Source: an uncultured Candidatus Binatia bacterium
GTDB taxonomy: Bacteria > Desulfobacterota > Binatia > Bin18
Length of the DNA stretch: 64,000 bases
Assembly (NCBI GenBank): GCA_965200965.1
Contig: OZ241744.1
Coordinates: forward strand, 1,376,001 to 1,440,000
Direction of reading: 5' to 3'
This document shows positions 59,750-64,000 of the stretch, in pieces. Each line of letters opens with the position of its first letter. The first letter of the stretch is position 1. The notes beneath the pieces were generated by a model. The model saw only the letters and a list, made by a program, of their open reading frames with translations. It did no database searches and was not told the origin of the DNA. Position numbers and translations under genes: made by a program.

Positions 59750-60101
59750 ACTCCTTTACAGCAACCACACTGCGCAGGGCGATTGCGGTCGGGAATATCC
59801 AGTGGGGTAGAGTGATGTTGCCTATCCATCGGCTGTGGCAGGCATTATTCGGCTCTGTACTTCTTTAGCAAGGCCCTCATTTCATCGGTTTTCGCTGCCG
59901 CGGAGGGTGTTTGGCCATCACTATCCTGGGCGTTTACATCTGCCCCGTGCTCAAGTAAGAACTCCGCCATTTCTCCACTTCAAAATGAGGCCGTTGCGAT
60001 TTTTTCATGGCCGCTAGCTCAGGGGGGCAGTCCGTGTCACCGTAGGCTTGATACGGATATAACGGGCTGCCTTCCAGGCGGGGCGTTCTGTGACGCCGCG
60101 C

Positions 60102-60437
60102 TTAGCCCGCGTCTTCAATGGCCGCCCGCACGACCGGCTCAAGCTCGCCGCTCTGGTGCATCTCCTGGATGATGTCGCAGCCGCCGATGAACTCGCCCTT
60201 GACGTAGATCTGTGGGATGGTCGGCCAGTTGGAGTAGTGCTTGATGCCCTCCCGCACCGCGGGATTCTGGAGCACATCAACCGTTTGGTAGGGCACACCG
60301 AGCGAATCAAAAATCTGAATCGTGGCCGCGGAGAAGCCACACATCGGAAACTGCCGGTTGCCCTTCATAAAGATGAGGATCGGAGTGTCTTTGACGTGCT
60401 GGTCAATTTGGCTGAGAATATCGTCTGCCATACGCAT
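60102..60437 (-). CDS. grxD: Monothiol glutaredoxin
   Basis: FMKG, CGFS, WPTIPQ, GGCDI. Confidence 0.95.
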   Translation of the reverse strand: MRMADDILSQIDQHVKDTPILIFMKGNRQFPMCGFSAATIQIFDSLGVPYQTVDVLQNPAVREGIKHYSNWPTIPQIYVKGEFIGGCDIIQEMHQSGELEPVVRAAIEDAG

Positions 60438-60488
60438 GACTCCTTAGGGTGGTGGGTGAATGAAAAGAGCCTCAAGCGAGACTCGCCC

Positions 60489-60782
60489 TTAGGGGGTTTT
60501 GGCCGGCTGTATAGTCAGGACGCTGGCCGCCTCGGCCTGCGCCTCCTTCGGGGTAAGGGTGCTGAGCTTCAGGGCGTGGATGCGCTCTACCATCGCGTCC
60601 TGGAGTGCTCCATACACCATCCGGTGACGGGCGACTTTCCCTTTGCCGTGAAACGAGGCCGAGATGACCAGCGCCTCGTAGTGGTCTCCACCGCCGGTCA
60701 GGTCGCGGATTTTGACCTCGGCATCGGCAATTCCCTGGACAATCAGTTGGCTGATTTCCTCAGCCGTCATTGGTTCAGTCAT
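60489..60782 (-). CDS. BolA/IbaG family protein
   Basis: GGGDHY, VARHRMVY, IHALKLST; adjacent to grxD. Confidence 0.9.
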   Translation of the reverse strand: MTEPMTAEEISQLIVQGIADAEVKIRDLTGGGDHYEALVISASFHGKGKVARHRMVYGALQDAMVERIHALKLSTLTPKEAQAEAASVLTIQPAKTP

Positions 60783-60882
60783 GAGACGCTCCCCTCGCTG
60801 TTGAACACGGCTCAGCGCTCGGACCGAAGGCCGGGCCGTGGGCGTTTGCTCTGAGGGCAAACGAGGCGGGCAAAGCGCAGGA

Positions 60883-60999
60883 TTATTTCTTCTGCATCTC
60901 TGCTCCGCAGCACCTCACAGCACCGTCTCCGCCTTTGGTGACAATGATCTGGGCACCGCATTTTCCACACAGATACATTTTTCCGAGTTGGTTGGCCAT
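60883..60999 (-). CDS. Desulforedoxin-like miniprotein (38 aa)
   Basis: GGAGG RBS then MANQLGKMYLCGKCGAQIIVTKGGDGAVRCCGAEMQKK* (CxxC...CC); below the ORF-track length cutoff. Confidence 0.8.
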   Translation of the reverse strand: MANQLGKMYLCGKCGAQIIVTKGGDGAVRCCGAEMQKK

Positions 61000-61051
61000 G
61001 ACACTACCCTCCTGTCAAGAATGTATATGTATGCCGCATTGTGCGGGGTTT

Positions 61052-61825
61052 TTAGTTTCGCGTAAAGACCGGCTTGCGTTTTGCCAGGAAGGCGCGGACG
61101 CCCTCGGCTCTGTCCTGGGTCGTCTGGAGCAGGACGTACAGGTCTTCCTCAAGGCGGGTGCCCTGCTCCAGGCTCAGGTCCAGGGCCTTTAGCACCGCCT
61201 CTTTGCCGAGACGCAGGGCAATGGGGCCTTTCTCCAGCAGACCGGCCAGGACCTCGTCAACCCGGGCCGTAAAACGGTCAGCTGCAATGGCCTCTGTCAC
61301 CAGGCCAATCTGTTGCGCCCGGCTCGCGTCGAGACGCTTGGCGGTCAGAATCAGCTCCAGCGCCCTGGCTTGGCCGATGACGCGGGGCAGACGTTGGCTG
61401 CCGCCGCAGAACGGAATCAGGCCCTCGGTCAGCTGCGGGAGACCAAACTGCGCGCCGGCTTTTGCCAGTCGCAGGTCACACGCCAAGGCCAGTTCCAGCC
61501 CGACCCCCAGGGCGTCGCCGTTCAGCACGGCGATGGCCGGTTTGGTCAGGGCGGCCAGCCGCTCGACACAATACAGCCGACCAAACTGCTGGCGAATGCT
61601 GTGAGCGGTCGCTCCGCTGGGACCCGGCGTATACTCCAGCCCGGCGCAGAACGCCTCACCCTGACCGGTCAGTAACAGAATCTCGACCGCGTCGTCGTTC
61701 TCAACCGCTTCGCACACCGCAGCCAACTCTTGGGCCATAGCCGGGGTGAGGCGGTTGCCGCTGTCAGGCCGATTCAGCCTCAGCCGGGCAAAGCGCCGGT
61801 GGGTGGTGTAGGTGAGGTCTGACAT
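61052..61825 (-). CDS. Enoyl-CoA hydratase/isomerase family
   Basis: AFCAG, GVGLELALACD, GGSQRLPR, KRKPVF. Confidence 0.9.
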   Translation of the reverse strand: MSDLTYTTHRRFARLRLNRPDSGNRLTPAMAQELAAVCEAVENDDAVEILLLTGQGEAFCAGLEYTPGPSGATAHSIRQQFGRLYCVERLAALTKPAIAVLNGDALGVGLELALACDLRLAKAGAQFGLPQLTEGLIPFCGGSQRLPRVIGQARALELILTAKRLDASRAQQIGLVTEAIAADRFTARVDEVLAGLLEKGPIALRLGKEAVLKALDLSLEQGTRLEEDLYVLLQTTQDRAEGVRAFLAKRKPVFTRN

Positions 61826-61837
61826 GGCCGGCCAGCC

Positions 61838-63394
61838 TTAATCTCCGTACTCGGCGCGGAGTTCCTTTTTCAGAATCTTGCCCATATGGTTTTTGGGCAG
61901 TTCGTCCATGAAGTGAATGTCTTCGGGTTTCTTAAAGCTCGACAGCCGCTTACGGCAGAATTCTCCCAACTCGTCTTCGGTCACACTCTGGCCCGGACGC
62001 ACCGCGACAAAGGCGGCAATTTTTTGCCCCCACTGCTCGTCCGGCACGCCGATAATGGCCGCTTCGTCAACCGCGGGGTGGGCGTGCAAGACGGCTTCGA
62101 TTTCGGCTGGGGCGATATTCTCGCCGCCCCGGATAATGATGTCGTCCTTGCGACCGACCAGGTAGATATAGCCGTCCCGGTCGAGATAGCCCATGTCTCG
62201 GGTATGCAGCCAACCCTCATCATCAAACAGGGCCGCGGTCGCGCTCTCCTGGCCGGCGTAGCCCTTCATGGCGCGTGGCGTGCGAATCACCACCTCGCCG
62301 ATCTCGTCGGCCGGCAGCGGTCTGTTATCGTCGTCAAGGATGGCGACTTCAACATCGGGCAGCGGCTTCCCAACCGAGGTGAGCCGCTTGAGGTTGCGCT
62401 CGATCTCTTCCTGGCTGCCGTTGAGTTTATGGTCATCCGGGCCGAGTACCGACAGGGTGGAGTTGGTCTCGGTCTGGCCAAAAGCATTCACAAAGCCGGT
62501 GCTATCCGGGAACAACTCAATCGCCTTGCGAATGACCGGAAACGGCATGGGCGCGCCCCCGTAGGACAGGTTTTCCAGGCTTGACAGGTCATAGTTGGAA
62601 AACTCTGGAAGGTCAATAAGCTGTTTCATCATGGTCGGCACGACAAAGGCGTGGGTGACGTGTTCGCCCTGGACCGCGGCCAGCCACTCCTTGGCGTCAA
62701 ACTGGCGCAGAATGACGATCTTGCGGCCAGACCACATCGCGGTCATAATGTTCATCGCACCGGCGATATGGTACAGTGGGGCGCACAACAGCGAGGTGCC
62801 GCGCGGAGTACCATCGGCCATCTCGACCGTGCCGACAACATAGTTGGTAAACCCGCCGTAGGTCAGCATCACCCCCTTGGGCAGCGAGGTGGTGCCGCTG
62901 GTGTACATCAGGATCGACAGGTCTTCTTCGTCCACATCGGCGTCTTCAATATCGGGCGAGCCTCTGGCAATCAGCTCCTCATGGTTGTGCATGTCAGGCT
63001 GGGTGCTCTCCATCGCTACATAGTGCTGAATCATCGAAAACCTGGGCTTCAGCTGCTCAAGCAGCGGTAGATAGCGGTCGCCGATAAACATGACTTTGAC
63101 ATCCGCGGCCGTGACCATATATTCCACTTCGGGCGGTTTGGCCCGGTAGTTGAGGGGCACGAAGGTCGCGCCGAGGGTCGCGGTCGCGTAATACGCCTCA
63201 ATATACTGATTTGAGTTGGTCTGGAGGGCGGCGACGCGGTCGCCGGGGCCAACGTCAAGCGCTTTCAGACTGCTGGCCAGTCGGCGGACACGGTCGAGTG
63301 TTTCGCCATAGCTCTGTCGTTTGCCCTCAAAAACGAGGATTTCCTGATCGGCCAGCATCATACCGGGAAGACTGAGAAAATTCGCAGTGTTCAT
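61838..63394 (-). CDS. Long-chain acyl-CoA ligase (AMP-binding)
   Basis: YTSGTTSLPKG, FGQTE, WLHTRD, GGENI, MGKILK. Confidence 0.93.
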   Translation of the reverse strand: MNTANFLSLPGMMLADQEILVFEGKRQSYGETLDRVRRLASSLKALDVGPGDRVAALQTNSNQYIEAYYATATLGATFVPLNYRAKPPEVEYMVTAADVKVMFIGDRYLPLLEQLKPRFSMIQHYVAMESTQPDMHNHEELIARGSPDIEDADVDEEDLSILMYTSGTTSLPKGVMLTYGGFTNYVVGTVEMADGTPRGTSLLCAPLYHIAGAMNIMTAMWSGRKIVILRQFDAKEWLAAVQGEHVTHAFVVPTMMKQLIDLPEFSNYDLSSLENLSYGGAPMPFPVIRKAIELFPDSTGFVNAFGQTETNSTLSVLGPDDHKLNGSQEEIERNLKRLTSVGKPLPDVEVAILDDDNRPLPADEIGEVVIRTPRAMKGYAGQESATAALFDDEGWLHTRDMGYLDRDGYIYLVGRKDDIIIRGGENIAPAEIEAVLHAHPAVDEAAIIGVPDEQWGQKIAAFVAVRPGQSVTEDELGEFCRKRLSSFKKPEDIHFMDELPKNHMGKILKKELRAEYGD

Positions 63395-63470
63395 AGGCGC
63401 TCCTCTTTGCGTAGTGCGGGTACAGCCGTTTCAGCTATCAGCCTTGAGCCGGGATGACAAGATACGAGGG

Positions 63471-64000
63471 CTACAGGCGGGAAAACAGACGCCATTCCAG
63501 CCCCAGACCCTCGGCCAGGGGCAGGTCAAGGCCCTGCCGAACCGCACGTTTGGCCAGGGCCAGCAGCCGCGGGTCGTGTCGGGCCAGGCTGGTGGCCAGC
63601 GTTTTTGCCGTTGTGAGCAGGACTTCGCGTGGCACGACCTGATTGGTCAGGCCGATCTGAAGCGCCTGCTCGGCGTTCACCCGCTTGCCCGTCAGGACCA
63701 TATCAAGGGCACGGCCAAGACCGATCGCCCGTGGCGCGGTCTGCGTTCCGGCAACGCCGGGAATCATCCCCAGCCCGGTTTCGGGCAAAAAGAACACCGT
63801 ATCGTCAGCGGCAATACACAGGTCGCACAACAGGGCCATTTCCATGCCGCCGCCAACGGTAAAGCCGTGGACCGCGGCAATTGTTGGCTGGGGCAGGCTG
63901 AGCAGCGTACCCCACACATCGCGCCGCCAGCGGATCTCCCGCGCGCCGACCGGCGAGGGGGCCGAGCCGAACTCCGACACATCCCCGCCGGTGGAGAAGG
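63471..64000 (-). CDS. Enoyl-CoA hydratase/isomerase family (5'-truncated by window)
   Basis: GGGMEMALLCD, PETGLGMIPG; the frame runs off the window end. Confidence 0.88.
   Translation of the reverse strand, partial: FSTGGDVSEFGSAPSPVGAREIRWRRDVWGTLLSLPQPTIAAVHGFTVGGGMEMALLCDLCIAADDTVFFLPETGLGMIPGVAGTQTAPRAIGLGRALDMVLTGKRVNAEQALQIGLTNQVVPREVLLTTAKTLATSLARHDPRLLALAKRAVRQGLDLPLAEGLGLEWRLFSRL

Noticed and set aside
59770-60015. Possible gene remnant upstream of DUF433 (...KTDEMRALLKKYRAE*)
   Set aside because: Too short and no recognisable motif, so it could not be supported.

Overview
GC-rich bacterial chromosomal window. Gene content suggests an aerobic heterotroph, possibly Binatota/Deltaproteobacteria-like (inference only). 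It is mostly housekeeping and metabolic genes: nadE, lpxD, hisG, rpmF, a full aa3-type cytochrome c oxidase operon, tRNA-Arg(CCG), uup, mltA, pcs, riboflavin synthase, coaE, grxD/bolA and many CoA/beta-oxidation-type enzymes. The accessory parts are more interesting. (i) A defence island at about 41.1-48.0 kb encodes a Panacea antitoxin, a MazF/PemK-like toxin broken by a 10-bp tandem duplication, a fused nuclease-methyltransferase, a two-TRD specificity subunit and a coupled HEPN-motif protein. The junction between the RM gene and the S gene carries a textbook -1 ribosomal frameshift cassette (U_UUU_UUC, 6-nt spacer, 47-nt hairpin), and S has no credible start codon. This suggests an RM plus RM-S fusion made by recoding and is the top finding. 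(ii) A secreted protein with 31 perfectly phased 15-aa repeats lies directly upstream of a probably lanthanide-dependent PQQ alcohol dehydrogenase cluster. (iii) There is a candidate ~195-nt structured RNA, several unannotated small ORFs and several pseudogene remnants. No CRISPR array, rRNA, integrase or transposase was seen. All family assignments come from motif recognition by eye, not database searches.
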